57,842 bases of DNA. It comes from Salpingoeca rosetta. Taxonomy: Eukaryota > Protista > Choanoflagellata. The first letter of the stretch is position 1; each line of letters opens with the position of its first letter. The translations under genes and the position numbers were made by a program. Positions 25,764-52,790 of this stretch are shown here, one piece after another. The stretch spans positions 716,397 through 774,238 of the forward strand of contig JAWQFM010000025.1 of assembly GCA_033442325.1 (NCBI GenBank), in the 5' to 3' direction. Under the pieces are notes generated by a model that made no database searches, had not been told where the DNA came from, and saw nothing but the letters and a program-made list of their open reading frames with translations.

Positions 25764-26771
25764 CTACACTTCGTCATGCTTTGGGTGGCGAGGGACCCAC
25801 ACATGCAAGGGGCCGGCCATCTCCACCTTCCCTTCGGCTGGCAAGTGCGACACGAGCCTTGGGGCAACAATCTCGTGTGTCCCGTGACTCCTCCATGGGA
25901 TTCGGCGAGTGCGGGTGCCTCGGTGTGCCTTGCGTTCCATTTCGTCGAGGTCTAGGGGCGGGTCTGTGAGTCGACAGGCCACAAAGGTCATCAAGAAGTC
26001 TCGCTTCATCTTGACCCTGGCCGAGACTCGAGCAGCGTCCTCGCCAGGCAGCCGCGTCCGAACGGCAGGACCGAAACACTCGGGAAAGGTCCTCTGCACA
26101 TGTGTTCGTGCTGCCACGCTGTCGGGTTCCACCCCACAAGCACATGCAACCCGCTTGAGCTGGTGCTCCACGAGCCCCTTGGCCTCCTCATAGAGTGTGC
26201 GCATCTCATCAAGGAACATCGCCCGCTGACGTGCATCTCGAAAGATGGGCTGTGGCTGCCTTCTCCTTGTTCCAAGGAGCTGATCGCACAGACGACAATA
26301 CACGTCGGCCACTTGACTTGGAGTCGGCAGCATCTTGAACAGAAGCGAGTCGCCGCCCTCGCTGATATCTTCTGGTGACGTGCCCAGGAGCTTGTGACGT
26401 GCCGAGGTGAGGGAGCGCACGTTGTTCCACACGTGGTGAAGTGACTCGTTGAGCGCGGCGGTCGGGTGGATGATCATGTCGGGCGATCCTGGCAACACAT
26501 AGCTTCCAGACTGCAGTAGCTGGATCGGCAGCTTGGCCGCGTCACTGCGCGCGCTCAGCACATCGTTCTCAAGCCGAAGGTGAGCGCCAGTGCGAGCGGA
26601 CTGCAAGAAGCGCAGTTGACACGCGCTCTTGTCCTTGCTGAACCAGAAACACACGAGAGATGTGCGCAAAGCGCCGTCGCTGTCGTAAAGGTGCAACGGT
26701 TCTGCTGGCTTGCCGCGTTGGCCCTGCTTCAGGACACATCCAACGACAAGCAGCGGCACCTCATCTGCCAT
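25764..26771 (-). CDS. Uncharacterised MIEAP-C/GrpE-head-like protein, subtype A, copy A3 (ATG 26771, MADEVPLL...); head-to-head with HSPA12 copy 3
   Basis: LQSARTGAHL, FKMLPTPSQVADVYCRL, HVQRTF, TFVACRLTDPPLDLDE and EMAGPLHVWV match 10876..11892. Confidence 0.75.
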   Translation of the reverse strand: MADEVPLLVVGCVLKQGQRGKPAEPLHLYDSDGALRTSLVCFWFSKDKSACQLRFLQSARTGAHLRLENDVLSARSDAAKLPIQLLQSGSYVLPGSPDMIIHPTAALNESLHHVWNNVRSLTSARHKLLGTSPEDISEGGDSLLFKMLPTPSQVADVYCRLCDQLLGTRRRQPQPIFRDARQRAMFLDEMRTLYEEAKGLVEHQLKRVACACGVEPDSVAARTHVQRTFPECFGPAVRTRLPGEDAARVSARVKMKRDFLMTFVACRLTDPPLDLDEMERKAHRGTRTRRIPWRSHGTHEIVAPRLVSHLPAEGKVEMAGPLHVWVPRHPKHDEV

Positions 26772-26928
26772 AGTAAGACACAGACTGCAAGGACAGGCAC
26801 GAGAGGGTTGGAACGCTGGACGAAAGGAAACGAAAGAAAGAAAGGTTTGTGGGCTGGGAGGGGTGTGAGGAGTGGGATTGGCTTGCTGGACGTCGCAGAC
26901 GGAGACTTGGAGACCAAGATGAGAGGTT

Positions 26929-29220
26929 GAGTTGACGGGAATGAAATACACACTGTTTGTGCCATGGACACAGGAAGATGCAGGGCTGCAAGGCAAGACT
27001 GGCAAGAGGAAAGGTCCAAATGCTCTAGAATTGCTGCTGCTTGAAGAGCAGGAAGGACGGCATGAAGAAGAGCACAACAAGACGGCCGGACAACATCCAA
27101 TGACGAACGTCCACACAATGTGATGTGTCAAGTGGATCGATCTGTCTCTGTCACAGGTGTCTCACGCTGGTTTGGGACAGCCGTTCTCATCGATTCACCT
27201 GCATGCTTGGATGGGATGGGACAGCGCATCCCAGCAAGTCAGCATCCTCTCGATTTCGATGTGTCACACGCAGCGACAATTTGTGAACAACTTCGAAGAC
27301 GTGCCGCGTGTGACACACCTATCTTGGATGGGCGTGACAATCGCATTTCGCGTTTCGCCTGCTGCTGCAGGTGCAGCGTGCGACAGACCTGACACCTTCA
27401 AACTCCCCTTGCAGCCTGCCTTCTCTCCGACAGCTGCAGGTACTCCCGTGTATCTTCTATGTTCTGTGACACACTCAACTGCTTTTGTGCTTGCGTGTGC
27501 TGCGAGATGACATGGCACATCTTCGCTGACTCATGCAATGTGACATGCCAAACAACAGCGCAAGCTATGTTCTCTTGTTTCGTTTCTTCCTTCTGCTTCG
27601 ACTGCAGTACTGCTTCGTGTTTGTCCATGCTATTGCGTGACTCTTCTTTCTTCCTCCTCCCCGTATGTGCTTGTGACACCACCAAACTCCCAAACCACCA
27701 AACCACAATGGTTTCGTCGCCTGCCTTCGTTTCGTTTTGCCATTTTCCATGTTGTTGTCCCCACAGCCACAACGTCTGCAGCCACCCACCACAGAGATAA
27801 TTTAACCCAGAAACAAAACAACCCTGACACAAGCACCGGCAGCCCTTCCCATCGCACCTTCGCGACAGCTGCAAACAATGTTCCTGGTTCGGCGATTTGC
27901 GAGGAGAAGGAAGAACAACACAAAGAGCAAGAAGGACAAACCAAGGAAGAGCAAGAAGGACAACACGAAGAGCAAGAACAAGCAGAGGAGGACGACGACA
28001 CATGGGAGGGCTGTGCCGGGGGCACGATGCACCGCAGCTATTGACTTTGGCACAACCAACAGCGGAGCCGCGTACAAGCTCGCACAGGCAAGCGACAACG
28101 ACGTCACGGCGCTGCAGTTTCCTGGTGAAAGCAACATCAAAGTGCCGACGAGCGTTGTTGTTGAGCGACAGGCGCCGCACAACGCTGTTGGGTTTGGGCC
28201 TTCAGCGACAAGCCGATATGAGGAAGGGCTGCACGCAATCTTCCACCGCTTCAAGATGCAGCTGTACAAGAACTCCCGCGCCAAGACGCTGAAGGCGGAC
28301 GTGGGCGACCTGGAGCTGCCGACGGACTTGGTGATTGCACGCTGCCTGGGGCTGCTCAAGGACATGGTGCTGCAGCAGATCAAGGACCGCAACGCACTCA
28401 ACGTGAGCGCGTATGAGGTGCAGTGGGTGCTGACGGTGCCTGCCATCTGGGAGGAGTCGTCCAAGGCGCTGATGCGGCGTGCGGCATTCAAGGCCGGGCT
28501 GATTGACACGGAGACCTCTGACCGGCTGCTGCTTGCGCTTGAGCCGGAGTGTGCTGCGCTGGACTGCCACGAGACGCTTGCTGCGGACCTGCTGAAGCGG
28601 GGGACGCGGTATGTGGTGGTGGACTGTGGCGGGGGCACGGTGGACACGGCCGCGTTTGAGGCGATGCAGCCGAAGCCGAACGTGCGGCTTGAGGCGGCAC
28701 TGCCACCGCGCGGCGGCAACTGGGGCTCCACCCGCATTGACGAGAAGTTTCTGGAGTTCCTGCGCGAGCTGCTGGACAACCCGCCGTGCCTGCGCGCAAA
28801 CACGTTTGCGGTGTTTGACATGCTGACGAGCGTGTGGGAGGACCGCAAGGTGAACTTTGACGTGTCACGGCTGAGCGACCCCGACGCCAGGCTGCGCATC
28901 AACCTCAACCCTGTGCTTCAAGAGATGGACAGGCCACCCAAGCTGGTCGATGCCGTGGCCCGGTACAACAGGAAGCACCCAGGCGCGAACCTCAAGTGCT
29001 TTGGTGCTGCAAGCCTGAAGCTGACCGCTGCGCACATGAAGACGTTCTACGACGAGGTGCTGAATGACATCAAGACGCACGTGCGTGAGCTGCTGCGCGA
29101 CATGGGGCGGACGGACTATGTTGTGCTTGTTGGCGGGTTTGGGGGTAGCAGCTTTGTGCGAGATGCTGTGCGGGAGGCTGCATCGGAATCGGGTGTGCAG
29201 GTGCTGATCCCACCCCGGCC
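26929..29220 (+). repeat. Segmental duplication, copy B of 1..2292; 28231..29220 also appears identical to 13303..14292
   Basis: Direct comparison; identical shadow ORFs at offsets of 26928 and 14928. Confidence 0.95.
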
Positions 29221-29740
29221 GTGGGCCTCCATCGTCATGGGCGCTGTCAGGTTTGGTCAGTGCGGGGGCGTTACCATCGCTGCAAGGCGGTCCGCCCTCA
29301 CGTACGGCATTGGCAGCAGCGTTGCGGAATCTGTGTTCAAGCGTGACCACCCAGATGTTGATGCCGGCCGTCGCGTGCGCCACAATGCCCAGAAGAAGAT
29401 GAATGTTGTGTCCAACGTGTTTACGCCGTTTGTGCGCGCCAATGACAAGGTTCCTGTTGACCATGAGGTGCGGCAGTGTTTCCACCCGATGTACCTTGAG
29501 CAGCGGCGTGCGACTGTGCCCATCCTCTCGAGCCATCGCCGTGACGTCGTTTTCTCCGATGACAAGTCGCATGTGCGGGAGGAGTGTCGCGTGCCGTTTC
29601 CCGTTGAGGCGTTGGGCTGGCGCAACACGCCGTTGGAAGTGCGAATGAAGTTTGGACAGACAGAGGTTATGGTGTTCCTCAAGTCCAGCATGACTGGCGA
29701 GGAGAAGCGTGTGCCAGTGACGTTTACTTCATCCGCGTGA
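27878..29740 (+). CDS. HSPA12-like atypical Hsp70, copy 3 (intronless, 620 aa)
   Basis: Same HSPA12 motifs. N-terminus equals copy 1, ATPase core equals copy 2, and the C-terminal domain after GAVRFG is unique. Confidence 0.93.
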   Translation: MFLVRRFARRRKNNTKSKKDKPRKSKKDNTKSKNKQRRTTTHGRAVPGARCTAAIDFGTTNSGAAYKLAQASDNDVTALQFPGESNIKVPTSVVVERQAPHNAVGFGPSATSRYEEGLHAIFHRFKMQLYKNSRAKTLKADVGDLELPTDLVIARCLGLLKDMVLQQIKDRNALNVSAYEVQWVLTVPAIWEESSKALMRRAAFKAGLIDTETSDRLLLALEPECAALDCHETLAADLLKRGTRYVVVDCGGGTVDTAAFEAMQPKPNVRLEAALPPRGGNWGSTRIDEKFLEFLRELLDNPPCLRANTFAVFDMLTSVWEDRKVNFDVSRLSDPDARLRINLNPVLQEMDRPPKLVDAVARYNRKHPGANLKCFGAASLKLTAAHMKTFYDEVLNDIKTHVRELLRDMGRTDYVVLVGGFGGSSFVRDAVREAASESGVQVLIPPRPWASIVMGAVRFGQCGGVTIAARRSALTYGIGSSVAESVFKRDHPDVDAGRRVRHNAQKKMNVVSNVFTPFVRANDKVPVDHEVRQCFHPMYLEQRRATVPILSSHRRDVVFSDDKSHVREECRVPFPVEALGWRNTPLEVRMKFGQTEVMVFLKSSMTGEEKRVPVTFTSSA

Positions 29741-29803
29741 CATTTATGTATGTGTGTGTGAGGGGGTGGGGATATGGCTGATTATACTCGTGTGCATGTC
29801 TGA

Positions 29804-29857
<54 letters not shown>

Positions 29858-29953
29858 ATGACAACCATCTATGCGGTGTAGCTTTGTTATTGCAGAGGTC
29901 AATTGGGCAAGTAAATGAACGTAAATCACAGCCAGCATTGAAAGTTGAAGTTG

Positions 29954-30029
<76 letters not shown>

Positions 30030-30086
30030 ACAACGCACACCACATACACACACATGCAACCCGCGCATGCGCAAACATTCGTTCAT

Positions 30087-30373
30087 TCATTCTGTTTCTT
30101 GTAGAAGCTTCACATCGCGCAGCTCTTGAAATGTTGGCCTGGAGGACGGATTCCAGTGCATGCAGGCAGCCGACAGCCGCCGAAACCATCCGGGTGCGCT
30201 GCAGCCCTCTGCCAAAATGGATGGCACGCACGATTCATTGACATACCAGGTTGCACACGACATGGAAATGTGACTGCATGTGAGCGTTCAAGTTTGTAGT
30301 TTGCACAACACCGCGCACACAGCCATGAACATACAGGCACACACACATTCAAGCACACACACGCACACATTCA

Positions 30374-30470
<97 letters not shown>

Positions 30471-33400
30471 CGCGTACCTGTGTACTGGAGGCGTTTGCCG
30501 TCCTGGAGAAGAGCGTGGAGGGTGTGCAGTAGAGGCCCGCGGAAGCCGTTGGGTCGCTCCTGTGCAATGAGGTCTGGGTCACACTGTGTTGCCACCTCCC
30601 ACATGAGGACGCCAAAGCTGAACACATCCGCCTGCGCGTCGTACGTCTCGCCTCCCAGCACCTCCGGCGCCATGTACATTGGCGTGCCCACACCCGCCGT
30701 GAGTGAGAGGTGCATGGATTCCGATCCAACGCCCTGCAAGTACTGCATGTCAAACGCCGTGTCAGCGGTGTGCAATGGCGACATGGCTGTTGCACGCGCG
30801 TCCGTGTCGGCTCGTGTCAGACACTGGCGGATAGATCCAAAGTCGGTGATCTTCGCGCGCAGTGTGCTTGACACCAGGACATTCCCGCTTTTGATGTCCC
30901 TGAATCAAACACCAGTGTGGGATTGATGAGGGTGAGTTTATGTCAGTCAGGGTGTGCAACTTAAAAGGGCTCAGCAAGAGTCAACTACGTTGTAAGGGCA
31001 AGCCTTCAAGATGCAGCCAAGAAATCACACTCTCCAAGCACACACACATGTGCATCCGCACGCACACACACACACACACACAGACACACACACACACACA
31101 CAGACACACACACACACAGACAAACACAGACAAACACACACACGCGCTTGCACACACCTGTGCACGTGTCCAAGGGAGTGGATGAATGCAATGCCGGCGG
31201 CCACATCACGAAGAAGACGCAGCTTGAGGTCCCACACTGTCAGCAGGTCGGCAATGGAGGCGCGCTGGGCCTGAAGACCGGTGGTGACAAGCAGCATGTC
31301 TTCGCTGGCGTCCACCACGCCCATGTCTGGTTCATGTGAGGCCGATGCTTGTTCCTGCCGCTGCTGTTGCTGCTGCTGTTCGGCCTGCACCTGGAGGAGG
31401 ACAACACCAAGATCGCCAGCGAGGAGGTTGCGCAGAGAGCCGAGCGGCACATACTCAAGCACAATGAAGGGGCTGCCGTGCGGGTTGGTGCCAGCACCGA
31501 AGAAACGAACCACGTTCGGGTGGCGCGTGCGTTGGAGGAACTCCACCTCCTTTTCAAACTCGAAGCGGGTGGTCTCGTCAAACTCAAGCGCCTGATGCTG
31601 CAGCACCTTGACGGCGACAGTGAGGGTGTCCCACTTTGCCATGAAGACGGTGCCAAACGCGCCCGCAGCGACACGCTTCACCAGCTGCAATTCGTCAAAC
31701 TCCACTTCCCACACCTTCTTCAGGGCAAGCACTTCCTGCTCGCGCTCGTCAATGAGCAGCTGCTTCACGTCGTTGTCGTGCTGCAGGAGCACCTGGTACC
31801 GCAGCGTCCTGCGCACGCGCCAGACAATGAGGAGCACGACGAGGACAAAGAGGATGGATCCGCCGGCACTGAGGGCTGCAATGCGGATGAGGGCACGGTC
31901 GTCCACCACGCACACACCACCGCGAGGCCGGAACCCGCGTGCACACTGACACTTGAGGAAGAAGCCGGGCTTGATGTTGAAGTCATCCACATTCATGCTT
32001 TCGCCATCAAATGGCCGCACGTCCTCCGTTGTAAGACGAACGTTGCATTGAATGGGCAGATCTTCCAAGATGAGAAGCGGGATGGTTTTGCGCGAGGGAA
32101 AGTCGAACACCAGGTCGATGGGACGCAAGTTGTCCTGCTCGGTGAGCAATGTCACGCGCGAGGCAGCTCCTGACAGCAAGTTGTACGTGTTCAAAGCCCT
32201 ATTTCCTGATAGGTCAATGACGTCGATGAGGTTTAGGCAGTGTTGAAGCAAGCCTCCAACACGGGCAGCAGTAAGCTGCTTGATGTCGAGACCGAGGTCA
32301 CGTGCAAACACCATGCGTTGGCCCCAAATCGTACAAAACGCGCTGGAAGGAATGATGCGCGTCTTGCTAATGTCCAGGATGTCCACGACAGATGCATGTA
32401 GGGTGGTGAGCTCTGTACAACCGGACACATTCAGCTGCGCAACATCGTCAAACACCGTGACGGATGTGACGTGCGTGTTGTCTTGGAGAAACACCAGCTC
32501 GTAGTCCTTGCGTTCGCATGTGGTAATGTTGGTGTAGGCGGTGTGCACAAGACCAAACTCGCGCACGTTTGCCCCAAGGATGTTGCACAGCGCCTGCAAG
32601 GGAACGGAGCTCTCGTGCATGCCCGGCCAGCCCAACACAAGGCGCCTTAGAGACATCTTCGCCTCTTTCAAAGCAGGTACGACCTCTGGGCTCAGCTCGA
32701 CGTTCTCCAAGCTTAGCGTGTCAAGCGTTGTAAGGTTCGTGTTGAGGGCCTCTTCTTCATGCAGGAGTGCGCGCGAAGTTCCTGGATGCTCGTCCTGAGA
32801 CAGCGCATCCAGCTCGAGCACAGACATGCTGGGGTTGCTCAGAAACGGCGCAAGATCAATATCTTTGATGGTGTGGCCGTTCATGAGAAGTCCGCGCAGG
32901 CTGGGAAAATGGCTCATGTCTGGCTGCTGGGTGAGCTTGTTGAAGCTCAGGTCAACGTCACTCAGGTGCGGAAGTTTGTGGTTGAACTCCTTGAGCTCGT
33001 TGTGGGCGATGGAAAGCGCAACAATTGGCACGTTGCGGAACAGGCCTGGCGGGAGCGAGTGCAGTTTGTTGCGCGTGAGCACGAGAAAATTCAAGCCAGT
33101 GTTGTTCTGGAAAATACGCTCAGGTAGAGTCGTGAGCAGGTTGTTGCTTAGGTGGAGATGTTGAAGTGAAGGGCAGTGCTGGAACAGGGCCTCGTCGATT
33201 GTTTTGATGCGGTTATCGTCGAGAAAGAGACGGAAGAGCGCAGGATGGTTTTGGAAAAGAGTGGCGGGCAGACTGGTGAGGTCGTTGTTTGTGAAGACGA
33301 CTTCCGTGAGCTGGTTCGCGTTTAGAAACAGGTCGCTGTCGAGGACGCTTAGCTGCGCGTTGCGAATCCGCACGAGCTTCAGCCGGCGTGTGTTGTGAAA

Positions 33401-34959
33401 AACGCGAGGCGGCAGTTTTTGGATGCGCGTGTCTGTGAGCTGAAGCTCTTCCAGGAGCGTGAGGGTATCAAAGACGCCATTTGGCAAGTCCTCGATCGGG
33501 TTGTAGCTGAGATCGAGGTGGGTGAGAGCCGTGAGCCTGTCAAATAAGCCGTCAGGTATCTCGATGTCGTTGGAAGCGAGGCTCAGCACACGCAGACTCA
33601 ACAGGTTGTCGAATGCATCCTGAGTGATGTGGCGAATGATGTTGTTGTCCAGCTTGAGTGTGACGAGCGAGGAAGGCAAGGCGGTTTGCAGCGAACCCCC
33701 CACGCTTGTGAGGAGGTTGTGAGAGACGTGAAGATCTTGCAGGGCCGTGAAACCTTGCAGCGCGTGGCTTGGCAAGGCGATGAAGTGGCTGTGCGAGATG
33801 TTTAGGAAACGAAGGGTGTCTGCAAAGGCTGGTGGGTCATTGGCAGCGCAGTGGGTCGAGGGGGGTCCCGAGAAGGCGAAGATGCGGCTGTGGCTGAGAT
33901 CGAGGCGACGCAAGGATTCAAATGCGTTGTATGTCTGCAGGCATTCGCTGCGGCGCGTGTCGTCCTTAATGTGGAGCGAGGGCACGTGCGCCCACGACCC
34001 GTGCTCAAGCACCCACGCAAGCCCACGCTTGTTGCTGTGAGGGTTCCCCAGAAACACGACATGCTGTATGTTGGGGCTGGAAGTGAGGGCCGCGAGCGCT
34101 CCTGCTGCCGCTTCTTCTTCCTTGGCTGTTGACGGCACGTCGTCCTTTTTGAATTGAGAGAAATCCAGTTGTAGCGTGACGTTGGCTGACTTCTGCGCGA
34201 CATTGTCACAGTCCCCCAGCAGCACTTCCGTCACCGTGCAAGACACGACCGTTGGCGGCACTCCGGTCCGCAGCAGCGCGTTGGAGGCAGAGGCGCGGCG
34301 CCTTCGCTTTGACCTTGGCGGTGTCGCTGAAATCTCTGTGTGGGATGTGGGGGTCTGTGGTGGTGTTGTTTGGGTAAGTTGGGGGGAGAGGTTGTGTGGT
34401 GGTGATGGTGGCGAAGCGATGGAAGTCGTTGAGCGTGAGCATACGTGTGTGCGTGTGTGTATGTGCGTGTGTGCGTATGTGTGTGTGCGTATGTATGCGT
34501 GTGAGTGAGTGTGTGCGTATGTGTGTGTGCGTATGTATGCGTGTGAGTGAGTGTGTGTGTGTGTGAGTGTGTGTTTGGGATTGGAAGAGGGCGGGCGAAA
34601 TACGCAACGTGGGTGGTTTCTTTGTCAGGTTACATTACCACACTGAGTGTGGCGAGGGCATCACTTTCTTACATTTTGGTGTCTGTTGTTATGAATCTCG
34701 GGCCTGTTGTTGGGTGACGGTGGTCCTGACGGCTCCGTTTGTGCGCACGTCGTGTCATAGAGGTGCTGGAGGGCCAGCAGATCCATGGCGTCGAGTTGGA
34801 CTGTGACCGAAGCTGGTGAAACAAACGCCGCGCGTGAAACGCGTTCAGCAGTCTGAGAAGAGCGATAAGACGTGGTCCGCAGCGGTGGCACACCTGAGTG
34901 TGTGTTGTTGCCTTGCCCAAGGCGAACCTGATTTAACGTGCGCCAGTTGTTGTTGCTGG

Positions 34960-35049
<90 letters not shown>

Positions 35050-35066
35050 GGTGGTGGTGGTGGTGG

Positions 35067-35106
<40 letters not shown>

Positions 35107-35467
35107 GCAGAGGGACTGTTCGCGCCTGCGCTTGATCAACAGAATTTGTGTCCTCCTCTGTGTTCGGCGGAGCGAAATTCGAGGTCATCGCTGACATGCG
35201 TCCCCTTGGTTCTTCTTGTTGTTTGAGGGCGTTGAGCATCGCGCCCACACGACTGCACACGGCGTTATGTGAAAGGTGCGTTTCTTGCTCTTGCTGCACC
35301 TGCTGCACCTGTGGCGCCTCCGTCATGATGGTTGCAGAAGAGACTTGTGCGCCGCCACTGACCAGCTCGGCCTCAAGGGCGTCAGTTTGGACGCCCAGGC
35401 CGCTCAGCAGAGCAACGATCGCAACAAGACCAACAACAACAGCAGCCATTCGCCGCATCTCCGCCAT
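30087..35467 (-). CDS. LRR receptor-like Ser/Thr (TKL-group) kinase. Approximate exons 35467-34673, ~34333-31158, 30899-30478, ~30209-30087.
   Basis: Signal peptide, RSKRRRR basic site, many extracellular-type LRRs (LxxLxLSxNxIxxLPxGxF), Cys-rich segment and TM (SILFVLVVLLIVW). Kinase motifs AAGAFGTV, VAVK, spliced HR|DIKSGN, DFG, GTPMYMAPE, DVFSFG and SRPTF. Confidence 0.9.
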
Positions 35468-36127
35468 CGTTTGTCTGTGCTGGTTGAAAATAATACAAAA
35501 TCATCCACTAATTATCTAACCGTTGTATCTACTTTGTGCTGTCGGTATCTGTTGTTTTGATTGGGCGAAAAGTCGTTGGCGTCTTCAATATTCATCACAA
35601 CTGCACACAACGCCCCTCAACGAGGCCGCGAATCTTGAATTGTCCGTCAGGATCTTCAGCCTCAAAAACCGCCGTTTTGGCAAACGTGAGCGAAGCTGCC
35701 ATTTTGCTGCTGATGTGATGCACACAAATCATGCACACCACGTTGGTTGTAGCCATCCAGCCAGCCACCGCACCTGACAACCCTCTGCTGGGGTTCGGCG
35801 ACCCATTTGAGAGAGAGAGAGAGCTCCTTTGGGTTTTCATTTTGGTCAGGCAAAGGCACCAACAACGCTCAGCTCAGCCAACAACGACGACGACCCAAGC
35901 AAGCAAGCAAGTACGAGAGAAGACGAGAGAGCTAGCCTGCCACCAACCCAGCACGCATTCAACGGGCAAACACAGTCACATCACATCAACAACAGCACAG
36001 AGTTTGAGCCGGCTGGCACAGAGGAAGTTGAGAGACAGACAAGCAAGCAAGCAAGCAATACAAGTGAAACAGCAAACAGCAGACAGCAGCAGGAGCAGAA
36101 ACACCAGCAGAGACACCAGGGCCAAGG

Positions 36128-46118
<9,991 letters not shown>

Positions 46119-46355
46119 TGTGACATGACGCAACGTGACTTGACGTGACTTAGTGTCGTGTGGTGATTGGGGCGCTGGCGAGGGAGATGCATTGTAGTCG
46201 AATATGCGTGGTGATGTGGTTCTTTGTGTCAATGGTAATGTACCGTTTGGTTTTGTTTCGTGTGCAGCAGTGTGCACGTGCTTGCGTGCACATTTGAGTA
46301 TGCGTGCTGCTTGACTTGTTGAATGACAATGTCATTACAATTACCCGGACCCGCC

Positions 46356-46404
<49 letters not shown>

Positions 46405-47202
46405 CCGTTGCCCCACCTGTGGCACCTGAGTGGTAATTTGTGAGTACTTCTGTCGTTGCCTTTGCAATGATGAATGACGACGATGTTGGTTGGCATACAT
46501 GACATGAAATTTTCCTTCTCTTCTCTGTTCATCCTTCAACACTGATTTTGTTACGTTTAGTTGAATGAAAAGACAACCACCGTCATGATGATACAGTCAG
46601 CATAGCAAAAATGATGAACAATGATGAACAGTGCTGTCACTCTGTCACGCAATAGAAGCCGGGGTGACAGCAGGAGAGGCGAACTGTTATGTGGTGTCTT
46701 ACCAACTGCACTAAAACCGTGCAAAAGGGTAATTCGGGTACCCAATGTAGGGGATGCCCACATATGAAGCTGGCGACACTACACGAACCACGCCTCGCAA
46801 GAAAGATGGGTGAGGGTTGAATGCAACAGGGTGACAGACACAAGACAAACTAGCTTCTGATTCCGTTGTCCTTTGGACACCTACCAACGAGCAGAGTGGC
46901 AATGGAAAAGGCGGAAATGCACCGCTGGTAACACACACACACGTGTGTCGCGTCGACTGACAAAGCAGCGACGAAAACGCAAGGTGCCAAGAACATATAC
47001 ACACACCAGCGCATACAACATTCATTCGCCACATCAACTCGACAACAATAACAAGAACAATAACAAGGGGTGTGGTTGCCTCAAACGCACCTGTGTGCGA
47101 GACACAGTTCACACGCGCGCACACCACGCGCAAGCATGAAACACACGCGCATGCATATGCATAACAGCACAACACGCCAATCCACAATCCACATGTGCGC
47201 TG

Positions 47203-52430
<5,228 letters not shown>

Positions 52431-52790
52431 GGGATTGGGCCAAAAACAAAAACTGCGCGCACCACAACACAAACCACAAACCACAAACAACTCAGAGAGC
52501 AAACAAAACTCAACACACGCCCACGGCGACGATGGCACGCAGTGAGCCGCTGCCCGGCAGCAGCGTTGGTGTTTTGGCTGCGCCGTGGTGTGTTGCCGTG
52601 GTTTGGTGCGCGTTGTGGGGGCGCACGACGACTTCGTCACGGCGTCGCTGCATGCATGCATATCCCAACGCCAATTGTTTCAAATTTTGCACAAAGTTTC
52701 CAAGGAGGACAGCCAATGCACTTTGTCATGTTTACGACCTGACTTGCCGCACTTTTTTTTCTCCATGCGCGACACACGACAGACATTGAT

